From a virus: DNA of 64,000 bases. The translations under genes were made by a program, and so were the position numbers. The stretch lies in the IMG/VR virus record IMGVR_UViG_3300002461_000876. The stretch is one strand, 5' to 3'. Positions 1-9,875 of the stretch are shown here, one piece after another; positions within the stretch are counted from its first letter, which is position 1; each line of letters starts with the position of its first letter. The notes under the pieces are model-generated. The model saw only the letters and a list, made by a program, of their open reading frames with translations. It was not told the origin of the DNA and searched no databases.

Positions 1-112
1 CGACGAGGATGGTCACGCGGACCAGGCCGACCCTTCCGACGCTCCGTGGCCTGTCGCGATCGCGATCGGCCTGGCCCTCAACATCGGCTGGGCGAAGTGG
101 GCGAGTGGGCGG

Positions 113-547
113 ATGCCCGGACAGTGCCCGGTCTGCAAAAGTGGCGGTCTCGGAGACTGGGTCTACGACGTCTCCGTCTCCGTCTCCGTCTGCTGCTACT
201 GCGGAGCGCCGATCTCTCCTGTGCCCGCTCCTTGGGATGCCGACGCCTATGCGGCCGACTGCGCGCTCTGGGATGAGGAGCCGGAGCGGATGCCGTCGGT
301 GTCACGCGACCCGGAGCTCGGGATGTCGCTGCAGTACGGCGAGCCAGGAGACGGGATCTGGTGGAAGATCAACGTCGGACGCAGCCTCGTCACCAACATC
401 TCGATCTATGCCTTGAAGGCGCGCGCGACGTACACGAAGGGATCGCAATCCTTTCAGGATGGGTGGTACTTCGAGGGCAGCAGCATCGACGACGTGGCCA
501 CCTTGACTCGAATCGCCAAGGCGGCCATGGGAGCGACCGTTCCATGA
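113..547 (+). CDS. Hypothetical protein; N-terminal CxxC...CxxC Zn ribbon plus the repeated PAPWDxDAYxADC module
   Basis: ORF 144 aa; CPVC...CCYC; PVPAPWDADAYAADC motif shared with ORFs at 24010, 24618 and 25583. Confidence 0.65.
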   Translation: MPGQCPVCKSGGLGDWVYDVSVSVSVCCYCGAPISPVPAPWDADAYAADCALWDEEPERMPSVSRDPELGMSLQYGEPGDGIWWKINVGRSLVTNISIYALKARATYTKGSQSFQDGWYFEGSSIDDVATLTRIAKAAMGATVP

Positions 548-1179
548 GCAACGTCTCCACGCTCGAAGAGAGATGGAAAGATCTGACGCCGTCGCAGCAG
601 AGGCTGCTGGTGTCCGAGCTTCATCTGGACGGGAAAGCCCTTTTCGGCGGAAGAGGGAGTGGAAACTCGTACAGAGTCCTGAGGCGCAAGGGCATCGTCT
701 ACAGAGAGTGGTCTGATGCCCTCGCAGCTCCGGCGCTCTGGCACAAGCTCACGAAGGAGGGGAAGAAGCTTCGTTCGTACGGGATGAAGCTTCGCGCTGA
801 GAAGGAACGGAAGTTCCGACAGCTGCAGAAGACCGCCGAGAAAGAACGAGAAGTCCGACAGCTGCAGGAGAAGGCCAAGAGGGGGAAACAGACGATGAGC
901 ACGACCCACGATGACATGACCCCGAAGCAGCTCGAGCTCGAGGCGAGACGGATCCTTCCGACGATCACGAAGGGCCAGCGACGATTCCTTGCCGGAGATC
1001 CTCCGTTTCGGATCGAGGGTCCAGGAGGGGCTCGCATCGCGAACCGTCTCCGTGTCATGCGGATTGGTGGACACGGCATGGCGCAAGACGGATGCCCGAC
1101 CCTGATCCTGTCACCCTTCGGTCGTCTTCTCCGCGAGATGATCAAGGTCCAGATGGGGTTGAAGGGTAAGGCTCGATGA
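544..1179 (+). CDS. Hypothetical protein with two winged-helix-like repeats
   Basis: ATG 544 overlaps the upstream stop (ATGA); two similar segments LTPSQQRLL...LTKEGKKL and ITKGQRRFL...LSPFGRLL. Confidence 0.6.
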   Translation: MSNVSTLEERWKDLTPSQQRLLVSELHLDGKALFGGRGSGNSYRVLRRKGIVYREWSDALAAPALWHKLTKEGKKLRSYGMKLRAEKERKFRQLQKTAEKEREVRQLQEKAKRGKQTMSTTHDDMTPKQLELEARRILPTITKGQRRFLAGDPPFRIEGPGGARIANRLRVMRIGGHGMAQDGCPTLILSPFGRLLREMIKVQMGLKGKAR

Positions 1180-1685
1180 GTGACAAGGACACCTTTCAAT
1201 GGGTCATGAACGGCCCTCGAGGACCGATCTTTACGAGTGCGTACGATGCCGAGGTAGCTCGTTCGTTCATATCCGGTCTCCTGCGAGCGTTCGAGTCGTC
1301 TCGTCAGAACGCAAGCTTCGCGAAGTTCCTTCGACGGGAACTCTTGGGCGAAACGCAGGAGTTTCTCGCGATGACGATCGCTACAGGACGTGCCCATCAA
1401 GCGGAGTCCGGAAGTCCATCCCAGGACTACGCGGAGCACGTTGCGACCATCGCCGGCGACGTGCTCGCTTCGAAAGAAATCACGAACATGATGGAGGCCT
1501 TCAAGGACGACATGGCGGCGATGGAGATCGCGTCGAGGATCGCAACTCTGAAGCGTATCGTCGAGCGTTGCCGAACTCTATCCAACGAGGTCGGTCCGAA
1601 CAAGTCGTCCGCGCTGGGACTCCTGGCCAAGGAACTCGAGGACGAAATCTCCTCGGGAGAGTCGACGGACACCCATGCCAACTGA
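1176..1685 (+). CDS. Hypothetical protein
   Basis: 169 aa ORF coupled to both neighbours by overlap. Confidence 0.6.
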   Translation: MSDKDTFQWVMNGPRGPIFTSAYDAEVARSFISGLLRAFESSRQNASFAKFLRRELLGETQEFLAMTIATGRAHQAESGSPSQDYAEHVATIAGDVLASKEITNMMEAFKDDMAAMEIASRIATLKRIVERCRTLSNEVGPNKSSALGLLAKELEDEISSGESTDTHAN

Positions 1686-2757
1686 AATCGAGGCCATGGA
1701 GGTCAGGGCTCATGGTCTCCACTACGAGATCGCTCGTCTCGATGGCGAACTTCGATTCAGGCACCGTCAGGTTGCTGAGGTGTACGAGAAGCGTGCCATC
1801 TCCATGATGTCGGTCTTGTGCTTCTCATGGCCAGACGTCTTCGCCGCTGTGACTCACTACACAGAAGCGTATGAGGAGAAGAAGTCGATGGACATGATCG
1901 ATCGCGCTCGTGATTTCGTCGGCAGCGACCACTTCACGAGGACTCTCGTGTATCCAGACGACGAGATCCATGGTCTGCGAATCAGATTGGATGAGATCCA
2001 GCACTGGGTGCTGCACCGTATCCGTATCCGATCGTCGTCGTCTTCGGTGGCCGGAAACGACCCGAGGCGTGTAGCGACGGGTCTCGCGATGGCGTGGTCC
2101 AAAGTCCGAACGTCACTCGTCGATCACGATGTCAAGAAGCTCGATCTTGACGCCATCGACGAGATACTTCGAAGCAACGCGATCGCCCTCGGACTACCCG
2201 TGTCCAAGATCGACGCAGCGCGCGAGGATCGACGCTTGCTTCGGACGAACCATAGGATCCTCCGCAGCTGCGTCTACACAGAGGACTCTGCTACGTTCGT
2301 TGTCGTGTTCGAAAACGGAGCACTCGCGAAGCTTCCCGTCTCAATGATCGATCTTCCTAACGGAGCGAACGTCGTCGCTTGGAGAATCGACGACTTCCGA
2401 CGAGGCGTCATCGTCGATTTTGAAGTCGAAGGGAAGGTGTCGTCGACATCGTTCTCCGCAGACCTCGCCCTGTACGAGTCCAACCCTGAGTACCGTGCAC
2501 ACGAGCAAGCTCAGGCGCGGATCAGAACTTCTGGTCAACCTGACGCATCGAAGCTGTTCGCGTCGAGGGTCAGAGAGGCTCGAGAGGCTCTCGGGTGGAC
2601 CGCTGCTGAGCTCGGTCGTCAGACAGGCATCGCACCTTCGAACATCCACCGCATCGAGACCGGGAAGCACTCTCCATCGCAGAAGCTCGTGTTCCTCATG
2701 GCCGAAACCCTGAGACGTCCGATCTCATGGTTCTACGACGAGGAGGAGATGCGATGA
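1675..2757 (+). CDS. XRE/Cro-C1 HTH regulator with preceding DUF2442-like region
   Basis: C-terminal RVREAREALGWTAAELGRQTGIAPSNIHRIETGKHSPS is a classic HTH_3 motif. Confidence 0.8.
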   Translation: MPTEIEAMEVRAHGLHYEIARLDGELRFRHRQVAEVYEKRAISMMSVLCFSWPDVFAAVTHYTEAYEEKKSMDMIDRARDFVGSDHFTRTLVYPDDEIHGLRIRLDEIQHWVLHRIRIRSSSSSVAGNDPRRVATGLAMAWSKVRTSLVDHDVKKLDLDAIDEILRSNAIALGLPVSKIDAAREDRRLLRTNHRILRSCVYTEDSATFVVVFENGALAKLPVSMIDLPNGANVVAWRIDDFRRGVIVDFEVEGKVSSTSFSADLALYESNPEYRAHEQAQARIRTSGQPDASKLFASRVREAREALGWTAAELGRQTGIAPSNIHRIETGKHSPSQKLVFLMAETLRRPISWFYDEEEMR

Positions 2758-3215
2758 ACATCCACTATCCGATCTGCTCCAAGTGCAGTTCTGCCATGAA
2801 GTACGGCGTGACTCATGACGTCATCTTGGCGAACGATGCTGATCCGATCGAGGCGTGGTGGTGCGAAAAATGCGGCGTAGGATTTTCCCACGGGGTAAGC
2901 TTTTCCGTTCGTGAAGCCTCGGACAGATCGTACCGATCGTTCCAACCAGCCAACCTGAACTTGATCTCCGACGAGATCAACCTGGTGACTGCTGAGTCGC
3001 GCAGGCAGAGTTTGTATCGAGCGAAGTTCCTCGCTGCTGACGCTGCATGGATGGCGATAGCGTTAATCTTTTGGCTATCTATGGGAACGATGATCGTCGA
3101 TGGGATCGACATCGGAAGAGGAATCCTTGGCTCGATTCTGTTCGCAATCGCAACGTTCAAGGCGACGATAGCGATCTTCGAGTACCTCAGCATCTTCAGG
3201 CGTCGGAAGAACTAA
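2754..3215 (+). CDS. YgiT/MqsA-type Zn-finger membrane protein
   Basis: CSKCSSAM...AWWCEKCG, followed by two hydrophobic helices. Confidence 0.6.
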   Translation: MNIHYPICSKCSSAMKYGVTHDVILANDADPIEAWWCEKCGVGFSHGVSFSVREASDRSYRSFQPANLNLISDEINLVTAESRRQSLYRAKFLAADAAWMAIALIFWLSMGTMIVDGIDIGRGILGSILFAIATFKATIAIFEYLSIFRRRKN

Positions 3216-3263
3216 GGTCCGATGCATCCTCTGTGGACCAGCCTAACGAAGGAAGCCATCACC

Positions 3264-4376
3264 ATGAAACCAGACAACCTGAAGGACAAGATCTTCGTCG
3301 CGGCTCAGATCGCCCAAGCTCAGGGAGAAGCGTGGGCGGAATGGATCCTTCGAACCTACTCCTGCGACATGGACTGTGGCGACCCGGACAACGACACGAC
3401 CGAGATGATCGGCGGGCACTGGCGAGACTGCAACGTCAACTACCAACCCAAAGGAGGTCTATCTGAACTCCACGATCGGTGGGTCTCCGAAGGTGGTGAT
3501 CCGGGTCGTGGTCCTTCGCTCTCGTCGAAGAGCGATCATGTCGAGTGGAGCATCGACTTCGGGAGTCTCGATTTCGAAGTCGGGAACCCTCTTTTTTGCG
3601 TCAGCATAAGAGTCGGATCATGCCTCATGTCGCGATGGTCCTCGTGGGATCCGGAGATGTGGTCCACCACGTCATTGGCGTCCTCGATCAAGCGTTCTGA
3701 TCAGAAGGAAGCGATCCGTCTAAGTGAAGCTGCGGAGCGAACCACGACGGGTACCTGTGCGGTCGGCCACGATCCTGCTTCAGGATGGATCTCGTCCGCT
3801 ATGCGTCGGCTCGGATCTCTTCGCTACGACATGATCGTCGCGACGGGGATCGTTCGTTCTCGTGGCGTCCATGGGGCGCAGGAGCTCGAAGCTGCCGATG
3901 CTGTCGATCGGTGGGCCAAGGTGATTCTTACCATCGGTCAGAATCTCGAGAAGTCCCTCCAGAGGGTCTTCCTGCTCGAGTCGACGATGACCAAGATCAG
4001 CGAGATCCGCGACATCATCGTCGGTAGCCAGTCCTTCAACTGGTCGGAGCACGCCTACCCTCTCGTGGACGCGCTGAAATCAGCTGGGTACCCAGGGGTT
4101 GGGTACAAGATCGCCCGAGAGAACCTCGGGACGCTCCTGGATCGGATCGCGAAGCTGGAAACCCAGTGCTCTGTGGATCCTGTCCTCGAGGCGCTTCACA
4201 TCAGGAGAGATCGGATCGTCGATCGGATCATTCATCGGTTCATGGAGGACAAGCCCGACGACGCAGACGTTCGAGAGCTCAAGCTGAAGAGTCTCGAGAT
4301 TCATGACCTGATCCGTGCTCGGAATCCCGACGAAGACGACAAGAAGGTCAAGGAGTCGGGTCGTGACGAGGAGTAG
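3264..4376 (+). CDS. Modular hypothetical protein (CDMDC...GHWxDCN and DPGRGPS modules)
   Basis: Long ORF; modules shared with 5106..6635. Confidence 0.65.
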   Translation: MKPDNLKDKIFVAAQIAQAQGEAWAEWILRTYSCDMDCGDPDNDTTEMIGGHWRDCNVNYQPKGGLSELHDRWVSEGGDPGRGPSLSSKSDHVEWSIDFGSLDFEVGNPLFCVSIRVGSCLMSRWSSWDPEMWSTTSLASSIKRSDQKEAIRLSEAAERTTTGTCAVGHDPASGWISSAMRRLGSLRYDMIVATGIVRSRGVHGAQELEAADAVDRWAKVILTIGQNLEKSLQRVFLLESTMTKISEIRDIIVGSQSFNWSEHAYPLVDALKSAGYPGVGYKIARENLGTLLDRIAKLETQCSVDPVLEALHIRRDRIVDRIIHRFMEDKPDDADVRELKLKSLEIHDLIRARNPDEDDKKVKESGRDEE

Positions 4377-4764
4377 TTTCATCGACTGGTCAGTCGTGGA
4401 CTTCTCCTTGAGCGACGAGGAGAACGCTCGTCTCCTCCAATGCAGTGCGGTGACGGTGAAGAGCGCCCGCCTTCGAAGGCGAAAGCTTCGACCGACGAAC
4501 TGGAGATCGATACCAAGGATCAGCGTCGACTGGGCAGATCAACCTCTGGGCCTCGAGCCTGATCACGTCATCGCTCGTCGACTCGGCGTGCACCAAGAGA
4601 CCGTCGAGCGAGCCCGAGACGCTGCATCCATCCCTCCGTGCATCACGATCAGGGTCCCGATCGATCTTCCGATTCACATATGGGAGGCGCTTCGACGCAT
4701 GCATCCGAACAGCGAGGTTCGAGATGCCGTCCTCCAAGAGATCAGTGATGCCGTTCGAAGATGA
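4366..4764 (+). CDS. Hypothetical protein, possible HTH
   Basis: Open frame 4315-4764; DHVIARRLGVHQETVERAR is HTH-like; start uncertain. Confidence 0.45.
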   Translation, partial: TRSSFIDWSVVDFSLSDEENARLLQCSAVTVKSARLRRRKLRPTNWRSIPRISVDWADQPLGLEPDHVIARRLGVHQETVERARDAASIPPCITIRVPIDLPIHIWEALRRMHPNSEVRDAVLQEISDAVRR

Positions 4765-4786
4765 GCAACGAAGAAGGAGAACAACC

Positions 4787-5071
4787 ATGGCTGAAGAGAA
4801 GAAAGTTCATCCAGTGAAGCCCATCGCACGCATGCTGAAGGGAGGGTTCGCGGGATATGTGTTCCTCGACAAGGACGGCACGTTGAGGTCCGGTTTCGTC
4901 GAGGCGGACGCACTGCGCATGATCCTTCAGGCGAAGACTGACGACGGGGAAGATCTGTTCGGCGGCGCGGCGTGGTCCGGCACGGAGGCCAAGGGCGACG
5001 TCGACGAGAATGTCGGCAAGCTGCTGACCCACGTCGCTGGCCTCGCGGTCGAGATGCTCACGGAGGAGTAG
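4787..5071 (+). CDS. Hypothetical protein
   Basis: ATG preceded by AAGGAG RBS. Confidence 0.65.
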   Translation: MAEEKKVHPVKPIARMLKGGFAGYVFLDKDGTLRSGFVEADALRMILQAKTDDGEDLFGGAAWSGTEAKGDVDENVGKLLTHVAGLAVEMLTEE

Positions 5072-5105
5072 CCTCGGCGCAGGATTTCGAAGAAGGAGGA
5101 TCGAC

Positions 5106-6635
5106 ATGATCAGAAGAACTGCTGAGCAAGACCAACTGAACGAACTCTTTCACAAGGCTTGGGGGCAGGCCAAGGGAAGCCCCGAGTACGACAAGGAGGT
5201 CTGGCGACAGCTCGACATGGTCGTCTCTCCGATCATCGGATCCTCCGCACCCAAGACGGCGCTGGCCATGACCAGGAGCGCCGCAGAGAAGGACCGACTG
5301 AACGAACTCTTCCACAAGGCTTGGGGGCAGGCCAAGGGAAGCCCCGAGCACGACAAGGATGTCTGGCGACAACTCTCCAGGATCTTCTCTTCGATCGTCG
5401 GAGAGACTGCGCCCGAGACGACGAATGGCGAGCAGCTCGCACTGGAAACTGCCGCGCGCATCGCCCACGCCATAGCACCTGTCAATGGGTGGGCGCAGTG
5501 CCCGGCCCGCATTGGCGACCCGTCGATGCGATGCGCGCTGGCGTGGGGGCACGACGATCACGTCGCGAGGAACGCCCGCACTTCATCCTCGACCGACTCA
5601 TCGATCAGCAGTTGGCACGACTCGCACCCGGACACCGAAACTGGCTACAGCTGGGGCCCCGACGAGAGCCCACCATGTCCGCTCCCCCCGACCCTCGCCG
5701 AAGCCCAGGCTGAGTGGCGCAAGTCGCTGTGCGACATGGACTGCCATGACGCGAGCAGGCGCGAGGTTGCAGCGACGCACACGATCAACGGGCACTGGCC
5801 CGACTGCAACGCCAACCAAGTCGACCCAGAGCGAGGGCCGGCGCTCTCGGGGCGGTCCGGGAGGGTGGAGTGGGTGGTAGGTGTCGACGGTGGCGTTGCG
5901 ATTCGCGTCGGGGATTGCAGATTCAACGCGTTCATCGAGAGCACGGGCGAGTGCCGCAACGAGTTGCACGGGGACGGTCCCCTCGCGGACATGCGCGAGT
6001 GCCTGCGTCTGGCCGAGGCCGCGGACGGAGGGACGCAATCTCCATCCATCGTCTCGGGTCGGGACGATCTGCTCAAGCGCATCCAGATGTTGGAGCTCGA
6101 GCGTGACGGACTCAGCCTGATGGTTCAGGAGCTGGAGTCAGAGCGCGCAGGTGTCGTCGATCGGGTCCGATCCGAAGAGAGGATCCGTACCGCACGTCGA
6201 TTTGTAGGATGGATGAACAGCCTCTCGGAGGACAGCCGCGAGTGGGTCGAGTTCAACGGTGACTGGCCTCAGTTCATTGGGCACTTCGTCGAAGAGATGA
6301 TCATCGGTGATAGGCCGTGGCCGGAGGAGCAGCCCGACTACGCACCTGCAACCGTTTCGGATCCGTCGGTCTCCATGAACATCTACAAGATCATCGACGG
6401 GGAAGTGACCTACGTCTACGCGCAGAACGAGGACGATGCGAAGAAGATCTACTGCGAGGAGATGCTCGAAGGTCCTCCGCAGTCCGACATGAAGATCGAC
6501 GAGTTCCCCCGCGACAAGTGGGCGGACTTCGGGATCGTCGACGAGGAAGGAACGCGCACTACGTTCAACGTCGCCGTCGCTGAGTTCGGAAGCGACACCA
6601 CACCACGCATCCTGTGCTCCACCTGCTTCTCCTGA
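5106..6635 (+). CDS. Modular hypothetical protein with duplicated N-terminal 33-aa repeat
   Basis: AAGGAGG RBS; LNELFHKAWGQAKGSPE(Y/H)DKxVWRQL occurs twice; carries CDMDC and DPERGP modules. Confidence 0.75.
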   Translation: MIRRTAEQDQLNELFHKAWGQAKGSPEYDKEVWRQLDMVVSPIIGSSAPKTALAMTRSAAEKDRLNELFHKAWGQAKGSPEHDKDVWRQLSRIFSSIVGETAPETTNGEQLALETAARIAHAIAPVNGWAQCPARIGDPSMRCALAWGHDDHVARNARTSSSTDSSISSWHDSHPDTETGYSWGPDESPPCPLPPTLAEAQAEWRKSLCDMDCHDASRREVAATHTINGHWPDCNANQVDPERGPALSGRSGRVEWVVGVDGGVAIRVGDCRFNAFIESTGECRNELHGDGPLADMRECLRLAEAADGGTQSPSIVSGRDDLLKRIQMLELERDGLSLMVQELESERAGVVDRVRSEERIRTARRFVGWMNSLSEDSREWVEFNGDWPQFIGHFVEEMIIGDRPWPEEQPDYAPATVSDPSVSMNIYKIIDGEVTYVYAQNEDDAKKIYCEEMLEGPPQSDMKIDEFPRDKWADFGIVDEEGTRTTFNVAVAEFGSDTTPRILCSTCFS

Positions 6636-6643
6636 GGACTACG

Positions 6644-7219
6644 ATGGCCGATCGACCGATCATCATGACAGGACCGATGGTCCGAGCAACGCTGGATCGT
6701 CGAAAGACCCAGCTTCGATGCATTGCTGCGATCGACGACAGGAAGGGTCCGAACATCGACCAGAGCCCGTACGGAGTTCCAGGCGATCGGCTCTGGGTGC
6801 GCGAGGCGTGGCGAGTCTGTGTTGCGCACTCCCATGGGCCAAGCTCATGCGACTGCGCAGACGTCCTCGTTAGCTACATCGCAGACGGATCGACGAGGTT
6901 CGTCGCGGAGGAACTCGTACCTTCGCACTGGGTGATCCCGTCGAAAGGCGATCTCGATCCATGCAAGATGCCGCGCTGGGCTTCTCGGATCACGCTCGTG
7001 GTGAAGTCGATCAACATCGAGCAACTGCAGCTGGCCACGAACAAGGATGCGAGAGCGGAAGGGCTCGAGGAATGGGAAGGTGACGAGCCTGGCGACTTCC
7101 TCGGATCGCTCCGTGAGATGTGGGACTCGGAGCACGCGAACTGCCCTGGGTGCTTGTGGAACGATGACCCGTGGACATGGGTCGCAACTGTCGATCTCGT
7201 CGCTGACCTTCATCCGTGA
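6644..7219 (+). CDS. ASCH/PUA-like phage protein
   Basis: RPIIMTGPMVRA...RKTQ, PYGVPGDRLWVRE, MPRWASRITL motifs. Confidence 0.7.
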   Translation: MADRPIIMTGPMVRATLDRRKTQLRCIAAIDDRKGPNIDQSPYGVPGDRLWVREAWRVCVAHSHGPSSCDCADVLVSYIADGSTRFVAEELVPSHWVIPSKGDLDPCKMPRWASRITLVVKSINIEQLQLATNKDARAEGLEEWEGDEPGDFLGSLREMWDSEHANCPGCLWNDDPWTWVATVDLVADLHP

Positions 7220-7234
7220 CCAAGGAGTAGAAAA

Positions 7235-7846
7235 ATGGATCCCAACGTCGTCGCCCCTTCCGTTGTCGAACTCGTCGCATGGCTCGGCCAGTCCTGTGGC
7301 CTGCCGTGGGCGAAATCCGCCCTGGACCAGAAGATGCTTCGTGATCTTCTCGATTCCGCTGTGTCATCTGGAGACGGAGATGATCAGGAACGTATGGAGC
7401 TCGAAGCCTCGGAGCGCTACCCGCACTACGGACCTCGGGATGGGGAGGACGTTGCCGACTGGGCTGACCGGGTCCGCTCGGATCCTCGAATGGTTCTCCC
7501 GAGCACGATCCACCAGTGGGTGGAGGAACACGTAGCCTCTGGGGGCGATGCTCGGTCGAGGCCTGTGACGTCGTGGTCATCCATGGACGGACATCGTTCG
7601 TGGAGCGTGGACGAGACTCGCCACGTCACCGAAAATGGTCATGGCGATCTCGTTCCCGTCGTCATTACGATCGTCGACGTGTTTGTTGGCAACGCCGCAG
7701 CTCGACTCTCCGGCACGAAGTGGTCCATCCGATCGCGTCGAAGCAGGGACGACCCGGACGGAGGGACCAATCCTCGTGACGTGATCGACCTGGGTGAGAT
7801 CATGGACACCGTGACCCAAGGATGCATCCTGAGGGTGTCGCGATGA
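7235..7846 (+). CDS. Hypothetical protein
   Basis: AAGGAG RBS; 203 aa ORF. Confidence 0.6.
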   Translation: MDPNVVAPSVVELVAWLGQSCGLPWAKSALDQKMLRDLLDSAVSSGDGDDQERMELEASERYPHYGPRDGEDVADWADRVRSDPRMVLPSTIHQWVEEHVASGGDARSRPVTSWSSMDGHRSWSVDETRHVTENGHGDLVPVVITIVDVFVGNAAARLSGTKWSIRSRRSRDDPDGGTNPRDVIDLGEIMDTVTQGCILRVSR

Positions 7847-9270
7847 ACGCAAGATCGGAGCGGGTCGCCGTGGAGCGACCGATCGTCATGTCAGGTCCGA
7901 TGGTCCGCGCGATCCTCGAGCAGAGGAAGACGCAGGCTCGCTTCGTGATGGAGCATCAGCCCAGGGAGGGGACTGGCCGCATCTTCGTCGAGCACTACGA
8001 ACCTGCCGTCGTGGACCGCTACGGAGAGATCCAGCCTGGGCCTACCGTCTTCGGTGCCTACGACGAAGACGCAGAGTGGAGCCTGCGGTGCCCATACGGA
8101 GAGCCTGGAGACCTGCTGTGGGTCCGAGAGACGTGGCGCCCGTTCTGCAATACGCCGGCCGGCGAGTGCAGCGACGCCTGGACATGGACGGTGAAGTACG
8201 CCGCAGGAGGGGACGACTTCACGACGGACGACCTCGGCGACAACGACTGGACCTATCCGAAGCAAGCGGAGCGTGGGTATGTCTCGCCGATCGGCATGCC
8301 GAAGTGGGCCTCTCGTATCAAGCTCTTGGTGAAGTCGATCCGCGTCGAACGACTGCAGTCGATCACTGAGGAAGACGCGATCGCGGAAGGGGTGACGCCG
8401 TTCGGGGACACGCTTGCGCCGGAGCAACGTCTCAGCAGCCACGACCATCGATCACACGGGACGCACCCGCACACGCTGGCACTCGCATCGCTATGGGATG
8501 AGATCAACGCTTCCCGCGAAGGATGCTCGTGGAACGAGAACCCGTCGGTATGGGTCGTGGAGTTCGAGGTAGTCGAGATCCGTAGGGACTGCTGGGATGT
8601 CCCGGAAGACGACCGCTGCGACGACGTCACGTACGCGGACGGAGAGGTTCTGCATCTTCTGAGCAGCGTCGAGGAAGGTTCCTGGCTCGAGGAAGAGCAG
8701 GTCTGCACCCCTCCGTTCTTCGTCTCCGACCAGATCCTGGTCGAGGACGAGAGCGGAAAAAACCGTCGAGTGTGCCTCAGTCGTGAGGATTTCGAGGCCC
8801 TTGTCAGGATCGTCACATCTCATAGGTCGGACCCGTGGTCGAAGGCCCACGATCACCTGCTCTACGAGAAACTCGTCGTCGAAGCAGAGGATTCCCGCGG
8901 GGTTCGAACCGCGTCGGCCTCGGATCTCGGCAATGATGTCGTCATGATGTGGACGCTTCAGGCGATCAAGATCCATCCCAAGGGGATCGATATTGACGAC
9001 GACCACCCACCACAGCTACCGAGGCAGCTACCTGTGCCGTCGTCAAAGTCTTGTCCTTCGTGCGGGTCCGGGATGAAGTACAAGACGAAGGATGACGAGA
9101 TCAGTCTTCATGGTCTGACTCGTGTGATCCAGACGACTGCGTGGTGGTGCGACGTCTGCGGAGAGGGAGTTCTCGACGGACGAGCCCTTGCGTCTCGAGA
9201 TCAAGCCTTCGATGAGCTTGCCAAAGACGCGATCTCGATCTACCAGGCTGAGAAGAACGAGGCATCATGA
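7843..9270 (+). CDS. ASCH/PUA-like protein fused to a C-terminal YgiT/MqsA-type Zn finger
   Basis: RPIVMSGPMVRAIL, PYGEPGDLLWVRETW, MPKWASRIKL; C-terminal CPSCGSGM...AWWCDVCGEGV. Confidence 0.7.
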   Translation: MNARSERVAVERPIVMSGPMVRAILEQRKTQARFVMEHQPREGTGRIFVEHYEPAVVDRYGEIQPGPTVFGAYDEDAEWSLRCPYGEPGDLLWVRETWRPFCNTPAGECSDAWTWTVKYAAGGDDFTTDDLGDNDWTYPKQAERGYVSPIGMPKWASRIKLLVKSIRVERLQSITEEDAIAEGVTPFGDTLAPEQRLSSHDHRSHGTHPHTLALASLWDEINASREGCSWNENPSVWVVEFEVVEIRRDCWDVPEDDRCDDVTYADGEVLHLLSSVEEGSWLEEEQVCTPPFFVSDQILVEDESGKNRRVCLSREDFEALVRIVTSHRSDPWSKAHDHLLYEKLVVEAEDSRGVRTASASDLGNDVVMMWTLQAIKIHPKGIDIDDDHPPQLPRQLPVPSSKSCPSCGSGMKYKTKDDEISLHGLTRVIQTTAWWCDVCGEGVLDGRALASRDQAFDELAKDAISIYQAEKNEAS

Positions 9271-9875
9271 CGACAAGTGACGAGAGCGAACACCACCGGT
9301 TCAACCCATCGCAAGATCATCTGTCCGAGTGCGATGCGTGCCAGAAGACGCACCTCGAGTTGATGGACAAGCACGTCGGTCCACCCGCGAATAGTGGATC
9401 CGCATTCGCCGAGCCAGGCGCAGGATCACCACTCAGATCCGAAAGCCCAGAGGCCGTCGAGGCAGGTAGCCCTCCCGTGCTGACACCTGTCGACAAGATG
9501 CGAGCGAAGGGATGGACCGTTGCAGTCCACAACGACTACCGCCTCAACGGACGACACCACACGTTCTGGCTGTTCACCAACGGCGACTACGCCGCCAAGG
9601 GTGAGGGAAGCACAGATGACGAGGCGATCGAGAAGGCTTCAGTGGAGGCCGATCGCATCGTGGCAACCCTGACCAGTCCGGAGCCCCCAGAAGGATGGGA
9701 ATGGGAGGAGGACGGCCTGCTGACCGACCACGTCCGCGAGCTGACGCTTCACGACGCTGACACCCTGCGTGTCGAAACATCCGCCGTCGTCCTCACCATC
9801 CCGATCGCCGCGATCGAAGCACTCACGGGGCGTCGCCTCGTCAAGACCGTGTCCCCGAACCAAGACCCGGAGTGA
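9267..9875 (+). CDS. Hypothetical protein
   Basis: 202 aa ORF with ATGA overlap. Confidence 0.6.
   Translation: MTTSDESEHHRFNPSQDHLSECDACQKTHLELMDKHVGPPANSGSAFAEPGAGSPLRSESPEAVEAGSPPVLTPVDKMRAKGWTVAVHNDYRLNGRHHTFWLFTNGDYAAKGEGSTDDEAIEKASVEADRIVATLTSPEPPEGWEWEEDGLLTDHVRELTLHDADTLRVETSAVVLTIPIAAIEALTGRRLVKTVSPNQDPE

Noticed and set aside
820-880. Short tandem duplications inside genes (also 5117-5376, 35225-35345, 49199-49310)
   Set aside because: They are in-frame peptide repeats without unique spacers, so they are not arrays.
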